A stretch of DNA of 64,000 bases from Klebsormidium nitens (taxonomy: Eukaryota > Plantae > Klebsormidiophyceae). Positions 34,101 to 46,633 of the stretch are shown here, piece after piece. The DNA lies in NCBI GenBank assembly GCA_000708835.1, contig DF237063.1, positions 1 to 64,000 of the forward strand, in the 5' to 3' direction. Positions within the stretch are counted from its first letter, which is position 1. Each line of letters opens with the position of its first letter. The notes beneath the pieces were generated by a model. The model was not told the DNA's origin and ran no database searches. It saw only the letters and a program-made list of their open reading frames with translations. The position numbers and the translations under genes were made by a program.

Positions 34101-36778
34101 GTCACAAAAGTTGCTGACGGTTTGCTTTTAGCTCCTCACAAGCCGGAGGGCTAGCGCATCGTTCGCAAGAAGTGCACCCACAAACATAGCGTCGGCCCAG
34201 GCACAACGCTTCTACATCATTCTCACCTCACCGTAACTCTGTGCGTCTTAGCTTATACATCTAGCGTAACGTGGGTCAACCTCCCACTTATTTCCTCCTA
34301 ACCAGGTGGGTTACCTCATCGCCGGCATGAAGAGCACCCAGGAGACCCGCGTTGGCGACACTCTCCACGCAGCAGCCCAGCGCGTCGAAGTCCTCCCGGG
34401 ATTCAAACCCGCGCGCCACATGGTTTTCGCCGGGATCTACCCCGCGGCCGCCGACGAGTTCGAAGCCCTCAGCAGCGCGATCGAACGGCTGACGTTGAAC
34501 GACGCGAGCGTCAAAGTCGAGAAAGAGAGCAGCGGGGCGTTAGGCGCGGGGTTCCGGTGCGGGTTCCTGGGACTTCTGCACATGGACGTTTTCCACCAGC
34601 GGTTGGAACAGGAGTTCGGGACGCAGGTCGTGGTCACGACGCCCACCGTTCCGTACGTCTTCGAGTTTTCGGACGGAACGAAGCTGAACCTGCAGAACCC
34701 GGCGCTCCTGCCGTCGGCGCCGAAGCACAAGCTAACTAGAGCGTGGGAGCCGACCGTTACCGCGACCATTATCACCCCCACGGAGTTCGTGGGCAGTTTG
34801 ATGACGTTGGCGGCGGACCGGAGGGGGGAGCAGAAAGAGTACTCGTTCATCGACAGTCAGCGCGCGCTGCTGAAGTACCGGTTCCCGCTGCGCGAGATCG
34901 TGACCGACTTTTACGACCAGCTCAAGAGCATCACGTCGGGGTATGCGTCGTTCGACTACGAGGAGGCGGAGTGAGCAGTCCGCCGGAACTCTCGTTGTGC
35001 ACAGCTCGATGTTTCTCAGATTCTTGAAGAGTTGCAGTTGAAGATTCGGTCAAGCGTGTTCAGCCAAAGCGCATCGAGCCGGTTGAAGTCTGAGTGCTTT
35101 CCGCTTTGTTAATAGATATACGGTTTGTTACTGGCTAGACTCTCTTTTCGAGCTATCATCAGCATTTGCTCCCAACTTCAACCCGAAGAGGCCAACCGAG
35201 TTCCCTGGCTCTGGTTTCTTCTTTCTTTTCCGAGAACGCCCACCTTTCGTTAGGTGCGGTTGTGAAAGGCTAGAATCCGGTGCACAATTCAGGAGAAGGA
35301 CCTAGTGAAGCTGGACATCCTGCTCAACGGCTCCCCCATCCATGCGTTCACGTCTTTTCGCGCTTCGAAAAACAGCAGACGGGCGAGCTTTTCTTCGCTT
35401 GCTGATCGCTCCTTCCTTGCGGTTCAGAACTCACTTTGACAAGCCTCAAGCGAATTATGTGCTTTGATGCAGGAACCAGGAGTCCGACCTGGTCAAGCTC
35501 GATGGTTTCCCCGTCGATGCGCTCGTCATGTTTCTTTCTCTAAAACAGAAGAAGGATGCAAGAATGGCTCCTTCTTTCTTCCAGCTGAAAACCGAGGATT
35601 TTGGCGCAGGTACCAAGAGTCCGACCTGGTGAAATTGGACATTCTGCTCAATGGCTCCCCCGTCGACGCGCTCGCGTCCGTCGTGCACCGCAGCAAGGCG
35701 CAGCGCGTAGGGCGGGACGCCGTCGAGAAGCTCAAGAAGATCATCGACCGTCAGATGTTCGAGGTGCGCTCGCTGACTGTCGATCTCGCCGCCAACCGTT
35801 CTTTCCAGGATTCTTGACGCGGTTCCCTATGCAACAAACCCTGCGATATATGCGCTCGCGAGAGGGCTTCTTATGTGGCCCTGCTTGAGAGTCTTTGTGC
35901 CTCTAAGGAACGGCAGATTGGTTGCTTTTGGGAATTGCTGAAAGGGCCCGTCAATGCTGGGGAAGGGGAAGGTGAGTACGATGTCCAGATCACAGGTTGT
36001 GGCTGCTGCCATGGCTCTAACCCGAGTGAAAGCGGACCCGCACAAGGAACAAGTTCTGCTTCACACCGTCATGTCGACTTCGTCGCACTTATGCTTCGCG
36101 CTTCGCCTGTGCCCTCGTCCCGTGCCAAAAGTTTCTTTCTTCAACAAGGAGTGTACTGCTGAATCTGGTGCAGGAGCGCATGAGCGCAAGTCCAACGTCT
36201 TTCGCATGTCTGCAGGTTGCCATTCAGGCGGCGATCGGGATCAAGGTGGTCGCAAGAGAGAGGTAAGCTCCAGGCGCCTATCATTCAGCCAAATACAGAG
36301 GACTGTGACCCGGTCCCGAAACTTTAGTCTGCGGTTCATTCCATGTTCTGACCGAAAAGCAACCACCGCTTGTGTCCGCTTTGTCGGTTCAAGCTTCCGT
36401 TGACGTCTTTCATCTCCCATTCTACAGCAACGTCGTCAACGATACTGAGCAAATGTCTTACATTCTTCTGAGGCTCGCTTCGCTTTACTGAGCGTCTCAT
36501 GACCAGGCTGGGAAGGTGTCTAGCGAATATTGGAACGATATCATCTTTCGAGCACGGCCAGGCTTGAGAACGAAAGAATTGTTTGAGTTACGCCCTGCTC
36601 CGTCTTCCCCTGCAGCGTCTCGGCGATGCGCAAGAACGTGCTGGCCAAGTGCTACGGCGGTGACGTCAGCCGGAAGCGGAAGCTGCTGGAGAAGCAAAAG
36701 GAGGGCAAGAAGCGCATGCGGCGGGTGGGCAACGTCGAGCTGCCGCAGGAGGCGTTCCTGGGACTGCTGCGCTCGTGA
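31196..36778 (+). CDS. GUF1: Translation factor GUF1 / LepA (EF4), mitochondrial type, 7 exons
   Basis: Exons: 31196-31861, 32347-32631, 33117-33482, 34306-34970, 35610-35763, 36216-36262, 36616-36778. Motifs: [74 protein letters not shown] and [45 protein letters not shown] resembles the mitochondrial paralogue, and there is a long N-terminal targeting-like extension. Confidence 0.96.
35288..35530 (+). repeat. Two decayed copies of the GUF1 exon-5 acceptor + exon start in intron 4
   Basis: ttcag|gagaaggacctagtgaagctggacatcctgctcaacggctccccc at 35288-35355 and atgcag|gaaccaggagtccgacctggtcaagctcgat...ccccgtcgatgcgctc at 35467-35530. The functional junction is at 35609/35610. Confidence 0.9.
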
Positions 36779-37033
36779 TCGTGCCACGTGGCACCATAAC
36801 CGCGGCGCCGCAAGAAGCTGTCGCACCGCTGCCGGAGGAGGCGATTCCTGGAGCTGCCGCGCTCCTGATCGTGCCACGTGGCACCTATCCACGGCTGTGG
36901 CAGAGGTGCTTTGGTTTGGGAGGTACTGCACGAGGCACAGCCCTGGGGGCGCTTTTGCGAAAGGCTGTGCCACGTGGCATCTCCCGGAAAGGCGTTTGGG
37001 AGACTGGTCTGCACCTTGTTGGAGCCACGTGGC
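36740..37033. repeat. Decayed tandem repeats of the GUF1 stop region carrying four palindromic G-boxes (GCCACGTGGC)
   Basis: GCCACGTGGC lies within 36781-36794, 36871-36884, 36967-36980 and 37024-37033. The second unit also copies the last codons (gaggcgattcctggagctgccgcgctcctgatc versus gaggcgttcctgggactgctgcgctcgtgatc). Confidence 0.85.
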
Positions 37034-37900
37034 AATTCTCAACGGCATTACCTGAGACACAAGCGCGAATTGGGCGAGCAGCTTGCGAGCGGACCCGCAA
37101 CAAAGTGGGTCTGATTGCTTGTTAGAACCCGGTTGAAGCAAATGACGCGAGCAATCAGACTTTCGTGCCACTGCCTTTGCCACCACGCACTCCTAGACTT
37201 CAGTTCGTCTCTGCATGGCGAAGCTTAGGCCTTGCATTGGGTGTCCGAGCATTAATCTTCAGCGGAAGTTCTTGTTCGAGAATAATTCTATGCGCGTGAG
37301 AGGCGGTGAACTTCAGGAAAAAAGGGGTCTGTCTGTACCTAGACCTGCGGGATACGGTGACAAACTTGACATGTCTCCTGCACCAAAACGCCCTGCTTCC
37401 CAAATCTGGAACGCTGCTGAGGACTCGATTGCGTTGCCGTTCTTGCAGTATGACATTTCTCATGGTCACTGAATCAAGGGAAAAGCAGAACGCCACGACA
37501 TGATCCCATGGATGCCGTTGATCATATGTACGTGTCTGACATACGCACTGTGGCACATCCGGGAAGATCATCATGAATGGAACCGCATGCGCCATAGCTT
37601 GAAGATCCTGTGCGCGTGGAGCTCGACGGGGGCCGCCCTGCATACACTGAGCCACATATACATCGGTCATTCACGTATGGCGCAAATTGACTAGCATGTT
37701 GAGCTGGCGTAGTACCATACGCATGCCTACGTCAAAGCTTAAAAGAACATGCAGTCCAGCGCCATCTCGCGGAGCAGATTTCAACAGCTCGAGCTGTAGC
37801 GGGAAGAAGGCTTCAGCTGTGACTAGCCTACAAGGTTTACTATACACACACTTCAATGGTTTCAAAGAAGAAGACATATGTCAGTCGAAGTTTCACGCAA

Positions 37901-40900
37901 TCATCTCGAGTACTGGTCCATGTCACTCTTCTCATCCAGCACCTCCGTGTCCGTCGCGCACTCGTCCTCGCTTAGCGGCGGCAGCTCCTGTGCTTTCCGC
38001 TTCAGATTATGTCGGTGCCAGTCCGACTTGAAGTGCTCCCGAAACAGTTTCGCGTCCGCAAACGGCGCCTCGCACGTGTTACACTTTTGTTGTCTTCCCC
38101 CCGCCGCTGGGGGCGCTTTTGCAGCTTCGCTTCGCCCCCCTCTTCCGGAACTCTCCGGCTTCGACTCCGCCCGTTCTCCTTCCCCCCGGTCCAGAGCCGC
38201 CCTCGCCAACCTCTCCGCTAACGCATCCCCCCCCTCGCCGCCCCGGCTTTCTTGGCCCCCCTCTTCGGAATCGTCCACCCGATGATCCCCCTGTTCTTGT
38301 ACCGCGAGAGCGACCACTTCTAGCCGTCCCCCGCACTCCCGCGCCAGCGAGTCACACGCGCGGAACTGCCCCGGATCTACGAGGAAAACCACCGAGAACT
38401 GCCGCGACTTTTCCTCCGACTCGGCTGTCGCGTTGATCCCCTTGAGCCAGGCCGAGGTGCGCTGCTCCGCGTCGGGGGGGACCGTCAGGCGCAGCTTCAT
38501 GCGCGCGCGCGAGATGGGAAAGCGCTTCTCCAGAGTGCGGATCAGCTCGAGGGCCTGGCAGGAGACACTTGATGTAAGCTGGACCGTGTTCGAAGAGGGA
38601 ACGACCACAAGTTCAGAGGGGTGGGTACGATGACATTGGGGGATGTGGACGAGGGACCCTTGATGCGGTTCAGAGCCCGGTCGAGGAAAACGAATGCTTT
38701 CGAGCTCGTTCGAAGGAGGATGAAACGAGTCTCCAAGGCGAAAGGAGTGAGCGTCAGTCGATGCGAGGGACGCTCATTTGTTGGTTGTCATGGAGTTTTG
38801 CGAGCGACTTTACGGACTAGACACGAAGCGGAGAGGCTATTATCGAGGACGTGCCGACCATTGATAATAAGATGATTCCTCAGCAACATCAGCAGGAGCC
38901 TCTTCAGAACGTGCTAACTCCCCCTCCAACGCTTGCATAGGAAGACTCCCATACGCCTACTCGTCAAACTAACTTGAACCAACTTTTAATCCTGCCACGG
39001 GTCTACCTTTGATTCTTTTGTAGGAGGAACCGTAACGACGAACGGCGACTCGACGAATTTGACCAGGGCTTACGAGAGCCAATAGGCTTTCCTGGCCTGG
39101 ACATCGGAGCCGAAATGCTCACGCAACCTTTCGCTCTCGGCGGCGCTGTTTTTAGCTTCCTTGGGTACTTCTCCTCCTCTCTCAATCCGTCATCCCATGA
39201 CGATGAAATTCAATTCACTCAAATACCAATGATCCGCTCTGGAACGTGTATGATACCACTCTTACGATCCAAACGCCGAATTAGCGTCTACCAGGTTTTC
39301 CTCCCATTTACAAGACCGGCCCCCTGCTTCGTCGGGGGTCCAAGAACGCCTAAATACCTCGCACCTTTCAGAACCGGAACCTTCAAACTCAACGACTTCT
39401 AGACGACCCGAATCTGTTGTGATCATACAATCTAGACTTGAAGTGTTTTCCAACTAGTCCAACCCGCCTGCTGCTTTGCGCTTTCGTTGGGGTCCACTTT
39501 GAAGCGCACCTCCTAACGCAGCGCTCAATGAAAGCTTTTCAAAACCGAATTTCTCCGAACCCAACGAAGTTTAAACGGCCCAACTCGGCACAATCTTCAG
39601 AATTCAGAGACAATCCACAATGTTTTGCGCTCTGGTTGGGTGCACCTTACAAGTGCACCTCCTTCATGATGCACTCGACATTACGGCCTCTTTGGAACCG
39701 CACTCTTCGAATCGGAATATTCTAACGATCGAATCCGCACAATCCAAAGGAAATCCAGTATGTCTTCCCGCTGACGAAACCCACCTGTTGCTTCGCGCTC
39801 CGGTTGGGGTCCACCTTGAAGTGCACCTCCTTCATGAACCGCTCGATCATGCCCACCGTGTACGGCCGCTGCGTCTCGGGGTTCACGCTCTTGTCCATCA
39901 CGATCGTCGCAATGTCGCGCGACAAACTGCTGAAGTGCGCCTCGCGCTCCTTGTCCGATACTTGGAGCTCGCCGTGATCCAGGATCTGCGGTTAAACCGT
40001 AGTTTCGGTATACTTTGTTCAGATTCAAGAGTTTGCTTGAATTCGCTTTGACTTGGTACGAGTAACGGCTGCTGGAAGGCGCCTTGCACTTGTGTGACAT
40101 AGCAGGTTAGAAGGAAAGTCAGCGAAGTTGGTTAAATACCCCTTAAGTTCGGCTAAAAGTATAGTGGCTGGACTTGTTGCGGCTTTGCTGCAGAGTACGG
40201 CTGCTTGCAGTTTGCCTTGTGCTCCTTAAATATCCAAAGCTCTCCCATGTTCAATTTTTACAAATCCGGAAAAACAAAGAGCTGCTATTTATAATCTGGT
40301 TCACTGAGAGCAAAGAATGGACAAAGAATCACAAGTTCCAGATCAGAAACGAAAGCGAAAGCGAAAGAACGAGGTCACCGCACTATGAGATCTGTCGCTC
40401 TTTCAGAAACTCTCCGACAACAACTTTCCTCACTCCAGAGATACTGCGACCATTGACACGGCATGATAATACTCCCCTGATTTTGCGATGCACCTACCTC
40501 GAGGCAGACCTTGTCCTCGTCCGCCGTCCCAAACACTTGCACCAGGTCCTCCTTCTTGGCCAGCACGCCCTTGGACACATGGCTGTAGATGGTGTGAGAC
40601 TGCAGGACCTCGTCAATGTCCTTTTCTCTGCACGCGAGAAAATGCATCACTCAGAAAACGGCATCATTCCGGAAGGAAAGATGGCTGCAGATGGTGTGCG
40701 ATTGCAGGATCGCGTCGATGTCCTTTTCTCTGCGCGCGAGAAGATGCACACATGAACGAGTGGCGACATGCCCGAGAAAGGGCTACAGATGGTGTGCTAC
40801 TTTTTAGACTTTGTTGGTGTCCTTTTTCTGCAGGTGTCTTTCTCTCTGCAGGCAACACAATGCACCATCTCAAAACCACACCATTGAGATACCACTCAGG

Positions 40901-41494
40901 CAAAAGCTTTTCATGAAACAGGCATGGAGGGGCATGAACGCTCTTCTTTCTGCACTCAAGAAGCAGACCTCCGCCATGAATGACCAAAAACCCCTCAAAC
41001 CTTCCTTGAAAATCTCTCAGGGCTTAATTGAAGAGGTCCTGCCAGACCTTTTCTTGATGGCATAGCACGATCGCGCTCAAACAAACCATCAAAGAAACCA
41101 GGCGTGGTTGTTAGACTTCTAAATAGGACTCAAAGTACACCACCCCCACATCAAAGATGTTAGCCTTTGATTTCCCAGCCTTGCTGACAACAAGGGAACA
41201 CCGGAGAGCACGATTCGATGCGATGCTGCCAAAAAAGGACTGGACGACTTTCCCAAATTAGCTCCTTTCACAATTTCAATCAGTAGGCAGACAACCATAC
41301 CAGGTCTTCATCGTTGAAAATACTGAAGACAGCTAGCGTCTAACCGTCCTTCGCACTTACACTTTGTTTCGCCAGGAGACGACCTTGTTCTTGTAGCATG
41401 CAATCTCAAACCGCTTCCCATACTTTCGAAAGCGCACGATGGCCACGTTGGTCAGCCTCTTCTGCCCGATTGGCTGCTTCACACTGTGCGACAT
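37901..41494 (-). CDS. SBDS: Ribosome maturation factor SBDS/Sdo1 with plant-type C-terminal C2H2 zinc finger, 4 exons
   Basis: Exons: 41361-41494, 40498-40627, 39785-39985, 37901-38554. Motifs: [93 protein letters not shown] and [30 protein letters not shown]. Confidence 0.96.
39462..39690 (-). repeat. Two decayed copies of the SBDS exon-3 3' end and donor region in intron 3
   Basis: On the + strand: ccaacccgcctgctgctttgcgctttcgttggggtccactttgaagcgcacctcct at ~39462-39515 and ttttgcgctctggttgggtgcaccttacaagtgcacctccttcatga at ~39622-39690. The functional sequence is acccacctgttgcttcgcgctccggttggggtccaccttgaagtgcacctccttcatga. Confidence 0.8.
40680..40835 (-). repeat. Two decayed copies of the SBDS exon-2 acceptor + exon start in intron 1
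   Basis: The first copy (40680-40745) reads ttctcgcgcgcag|AGAAAAGGACATCGACGCGATCCTGCAATCGCACACCATCTGCAGCCAT on the minus strand. A more decayed copy lies at ~40782-40835. Confidence 0.85.
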
Positions 41495-42016
41495 GCCTGC
41501 CAACTGAAGTGGGCCTCTGAACAAGTTGCTGCTGATCAGCACCAGGGATTGAACGCTGTTCAGAGCAGTTTGGTGCAGCTTGAGAACCAACTAGGTAGGT
41601 TGCGCTTCGAAGAACTTCGTCGGACTCGGAACCGCGTGCGATAATGGTTAGTCCCCTGCCGGTCGGGCGGCCCGATCCGAGGACTGAGCATTACCGCGCG
41701 CCGTCACACTTAAATCTCGCAAATTGGGCAGCTGCGCGCCGGAGCTCTAACTAGAGAGAGAAGCTTTTTGCGGTGACGAAGTGGCAGATGCTGGCGCGCA
41801 AGCTGGGTTTTCGCGGGCAAATGATTCTTGAGTCAGCCTTCCAAGTTCCGAGTCAGGGCCAAAGCGTCTTCAACACACTACATCCAGGCTGTTGTGTGCT
41901 TGTGGCGTCTGTCTCATAAGCAATTCGCTGCTTTCACCTGACTGAGCTCTTCAAACAGCCTCGGATTCTCTTGAGAGCTTTCGACCAGAGGGAACGAAGT
42001 CATTGGCGGTGGCAAA
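41495..42016. promoter_or_regulatory. Putative bidirectional promoter (SBDS and DHDPS)
   Basis: 522-bp CpG-rich spacer between divergent ATGs at 41494 (-) and 42017 (+). Confidence 0.4.
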
Positions 42017-45000
42017 ATGACGAGCTTTGCGGTCGTTCGACAAGGGGGCGCCATCGCCCCTTCGTTCAGCGGGCAGGCACATCAGCAGCCAAACTTTCAG
42101 AACGCGAGCCCCAGCCGGGCATGCACTTTCTTTGGCATGCATTTGAGTGGTTCACAGGGGCAGGAAACTTTCGAAAGGAGATTGCGGGACGCGCATAGAG
42201 GACCGACGGTCAGGGGTGCCGTTCTGCAGGAGTCGTTGCTGCCAATGACCAGTAACGAAGCAAAGAATATGTGAGTGTTCGCAGAAGCAGAGAACTGCAT
42301 CTGCATCTGCATCTGCATCAATTCGTGCACTTACTTCCATTGCAGCATTGCTTTCAGAAGACAAGCTCAACCTTTGACAAGTTGGCAGACTTGTTCGAGT
42401 CACCATTACCAAGTCAAGGACAGTAACTCGCTGAGGCTTGATCGCTTTTATTCATGTTGTGCACGTTCAAGCTTAGCTTCTTGGAATGTCACAATCGGTG
42501 GCGTTTTACTTCCACAGACCCATTTATTTGAGGTGGACTTGGAAAAGCATTTGGTTTGCTTGTTGGGAAGTTTGGCGGCCATTTTTTGTTCAAGGGTGGA
42601 CGCAACAAAGGGACAGTCAGCTCAGCTTCAGAGACTGATTTCTGTAGGAGAGTGCGTGCGTGCAGAAAGGCTGCTTTTGTCATTGGAAAGGTGCATTTGC
42701 TGCTGGTGGTTGCAACTATATTGCTTGGAATGTTCAGCAACCAGGTGCCCAAGTGGTCCAGGATTCAATTTCAATCGGGCGACCAACTCTTGAATAGGGT
42801 AGGTTGGGGCTTCATGCCCCGTGATTAACCAGCTTCTGAGGTGGCTCAGGGTATGGGTTCGAGACTTGAAGAAACGAAGGGGCTGGTGCGCCTATAATCC
42901 AAGAGATGGTTCAGTCACACAACTCCCAAAAAAAAAGGCTTGCTCGTCACAGTCTCTTGCGCCTCCGCAATCTGCATGCTCCACATGCAATACCCCTCAC
43001 CTGCCAAATTGCAGTGAGATGCCCCCGCTGTACGTGTATTCTGCACCACTCTGCCCATAGCTCCCATAGCTATGCTTCCCCTTCTTTCGCAAGGTTTGCA
43101 GCTTCTTATTGAAAAGAAGACGGTTACAAGCTTCTTGCAGCCATCAATAACCAGCTCATACCTGGTTGTGTTCCGCTCATAGCCTATGCTGCCCCCCTGC
43201 AGCTCCCCAGTCGACGAGATTAAGAAGCTGCGGCTAATCACGGCTATCAAGACTCCCTATCTTCCTGACGGCCGCTTCGACCTCCGTGCATACGACCACT
43301 TAGTGAACCTTCAACTAGAGCAGGGAGTCGAGGGCCTCATTGTCGGGGGAACCACCGGGGAGGGCCAGCTCATGAGTTGGGATGAGCACGTCATGTTGAT
43401 TGCGCACACCGTCAACTGCTTTGGGGACCGGCTGAAGGTGCGAGAATCGAAGTTCATTGGTCTTCTGAAGTCTACATCGAGAAGCGGCGTGTCGGGGGGC
43501 GTTGATGCAGTTGTTAAGAGTCCAGTGATCATAGCGGCGTTTGGTTTGTGTTATTTTTGGCCTCGCTGCTTATGCTTTGCCTCTTCTGCTTCGGTTTTTG
43601 ATCATGCTTATAAGCAGCTTTCCTGAGCTACCCCGGATTAATGTTTTGATCTGACCCAACTACTCTGCTGGCATTAAGCTCTGTCTCCGCTGCGTCTACT
43701 TATGTATCCACTGTCAAAAGTTTATGCTATTCCTGCTTGGTCTGTTTAGAACTCGTTCAAAGATCAGGAATCAAAAGTTGACAAGCCTATTGCGCTGAGT
43801 TTTGCAGGCTTTCTTTGCTGCAACATTCTTGCCAAACGGCTCCTCTCCAATAGATGGCTGTGCGGGAACGGAGACACAGCAGGACTGTGCTATTGGCGCA
43901 CCGGTCCATCGAACTTGGACGGAGTGCGTTCAGAGCGAGGGAAAGGTCTTTTGAGAACCACCCCCCCAAAGGAGCACTGAGATTGCTCTGCAAGCATTGA
44001 CAGGCCATTGAGAACCCGCTGCAAGTGGTCTCAACTCAGTCTCAGCTGCAGTCCGGCAGTCAGTTGTTTGCATCAGCCCCTTCGTAATCGAGAGACAAAA
44101 ACGTACGTGATTGAGAGGAGAAGAAGTAGGAAGAACTCACTGTTGTTGAGCTTTTTCGCTTCGGCAGGTCATTGGCAACACCGGCAGCAATTCGACGCGG
44201 GAAGCGATCCATGCAACCGAGCAGGGTTTCGCTGTGGGCATGCACGCTGCTCTGCACATCAACCCGTACTACGGCAAGACGTCCACGGAAGGCCTGCGGA
44301 TGCACTTCAAGTCGGTGCTCGAGTTCGGCCCCGCGGTGATCTACAACGTACCGGCGCGGACGGGGCAGGATATCCCCACCAGTTTCATCGAGGTGAGTGG
44401 CTGACGTGGTTGATTTGGAAGTAGAACTGTGTTGGTTCTGAGCTTTCAGAACACTCAGCTGAAGAGTAGTTACTAGGCTGCCAATTGACGTCGAAAGAAG
44501 AAATGATTGGTCTTGGGGAATCAGCTCTGCAATCGATAGCCTCTTGTTTGAAGTCAACGGGGGGTTCTTTTGAAACCACAGGGACCATCCGCTTGGGTTC
44601 GACGATGCTGGCTGACTGTTTCTTGACTAAAAGGTCTGATTGAAGTCGTGGATCCCAGCGTGCTTTCGTCTATGACGCATTTATCATTCACATTTGGGTA
44701 TGGCAGAGAACTCACAGTCAATGCGCAGGGGTGTAGGGCCTTCCTGAAAACCACACGACGTGTCCCGTTCGCCCCCCTTTCTGCAACAGAGAGGAGCGTG
44801 GATAACAATTCAGTGTATAGCTTTACTGTGTTCCAGAAAAATTCAGATTCTGTCGGTGCGTCCTGGAGACTGCTCGCATGACACTTGGCGGCGGCACGAA
44901 GACCTTCACAAGCCCGCCCCATTCTACGATTTCGATCTTTTCAGGCGTTGGCTAAGGACCCCAACTTCGCGGGCGTTAAGGAGTGCACCGGAAACAAGCG

Positions 45001-46633
45001 GATACACGGGTACTCCTCCCAAGGAATGAGCGTGTGGAGTGGGAACGACGACGAGGCGCACGACGGCCGGTGGGAACACGGGGCACGGGGGGTAAGCGCC
45101 AGCACGTTAGGTCTCTCGGACTGGGAGACTTGCTCAGCCAGAGAATCATGCCGAGCATTAGCAGTTGCCAAAATTATACAGGATTCTGGCGACGGCCGGT
45201 TCCCTGTCTCTGCGATGTGGCCTCTTTTGCGAGCACAGTGTTGGCAGCTTCCAAGTGGTCTATGAATCTTGAAGTGTCCCTAAGCGAAGTTCGTCAATCA
45301 GCTTTGAGCACCACTTTGAGGCCAGTACCGAGGCATGTGTGGGAAGAGTGTTAAATTGTGACGGGTGATACATGCCCAACAACTGAAGTTGCCGGGGTCC
45401 CCCATGATGCGGTTATATTGACACGCCCAACCTTATAAGCTAGTCTAAGGCCATTTTCCCTATCTGAAGACGAAACGATACCACCAGTACGAAGTCACCG
45501 TTTGGCGGCTGCATCTGTGCCCAAGCTCGCTAGCACAAGCAGGTGCATAAAAGAAGCACTGATAATTCGTTCGTGTCAAGCAGAGGGTTACACGTCAATA
45601 CTACCAGACTGGAAACTCCCTCTCTCGGCCTTTTTATCGTGCCATACGCGCCGAACTGGAATCCCTAAATCAGAAGCTGACGACGGGCCAGAGTTGCTTG
45701 GCCGACGGGAGCACGTTGTGAAGCGCGCTTCATCCCGCTGCCCGCTGGTTCTAGTGCTTTCGAGAGCTGGTATGCAGGCTCGCTTCTTGACCCGTAGAAG
45801 CAGAACATATTGGCGTCGATGCTTGGTGAAGATACATTCTGCTCATTCTCGCACCATAACAAATCCTGACACTGTAGAGACCCGTTTTGCCAACCGTTCG
45901 TTTTCGCTTCTTGGACAGGTGATCAGCGTGACGAGCAACCTGGTTCCCGGCTTGATGTACGATCTGATGTTCGGGGGGGGCAACATCGCGCTGCGGGACA
46001 GCTTGCTCCCGCTCATGAGCTGGCTCTTCCACGAACCCAACCCCATTCCGCTGAACACGGCGCTCGCACAGCTGGGACTCATTCGACCGATCTTCAGGTA
46101 AGCGGAGTCACGGCACGTCACGAGAGATCGATTCGAAGCACAAGAGAAAAGATTTTTGGATTCGCGGGGGGGCTTGAGGATTTCGCTGCAGGGAGATTCG
46201 TGCACCGCTGTCCAGATGCGGCGGCATGATAGGATGGTCCTCTTTGGCTACGCAGTTGCTCGGTAAGAACGAGGTTGCTGACGTCTGTGACGACTTGTTC
46301 TGGACAAACGATTGTTCGAAAGGATCATCAGATTGGTGAAGAAGGTTCTTTTGCAGCTTGAAGTTGGTAAATTTTACAATAGCTCAAGGTTTCCCGCACA
46401 GAAGATTGATCAGAGACTCTGCTATGAAGTTCAGGATCCAGGGTGGACTGCACTTCCATGCCCCTCATGTCACCCTCTTGTTCTTCTGCAGATTACCATA
46501 CGTCCCTGTTTCCCGCGAAAAGCGACGAGAGTTCGTAGAAATAGTTGAGAAGCTCGGCCTTGAGCACTTCAAGGGCGCCACGCAAATACGGGAAATGGAC
46601 GACGACGAGTTCCATCTCGTTGCGCGCTACTGA
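42017..46633 (+). CDS. DHDPS: 4-hydroxy-tetrahydrodipicolinate synthase (DHDPS), plastid type, 6 exons
   Basis: Exons: 42017-42270, 43203-43437, 44168-44392, 44945-45091, 45919-46097, 46492-46633. Motifs: [71 protein letters not shown] (Schiff-base Lys), [21 protein letters not shown] and FRLPYVP. Confidence 0.96.
42295..42318. repeat. (CTGCAT)4 microsatellite in DHDPS intron 1
   Basis: ctgcatctgcatctgcatctgcat. Confidence 0.9.

Noticed and set aside
37200-37700. Several overlapping 60-156-aa ORFs between the GUF1 and SBDS 3' ends
   Set aside because: No recognisable motifs or consistent splice structure; probably 3' UTR or intergenic sequence.
42400-42800. Weak likeness to a copia RNase H segment in DHDPS intron 1
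   Set aside because: Too little identity, interrupted by stops, and no other retroelement features.
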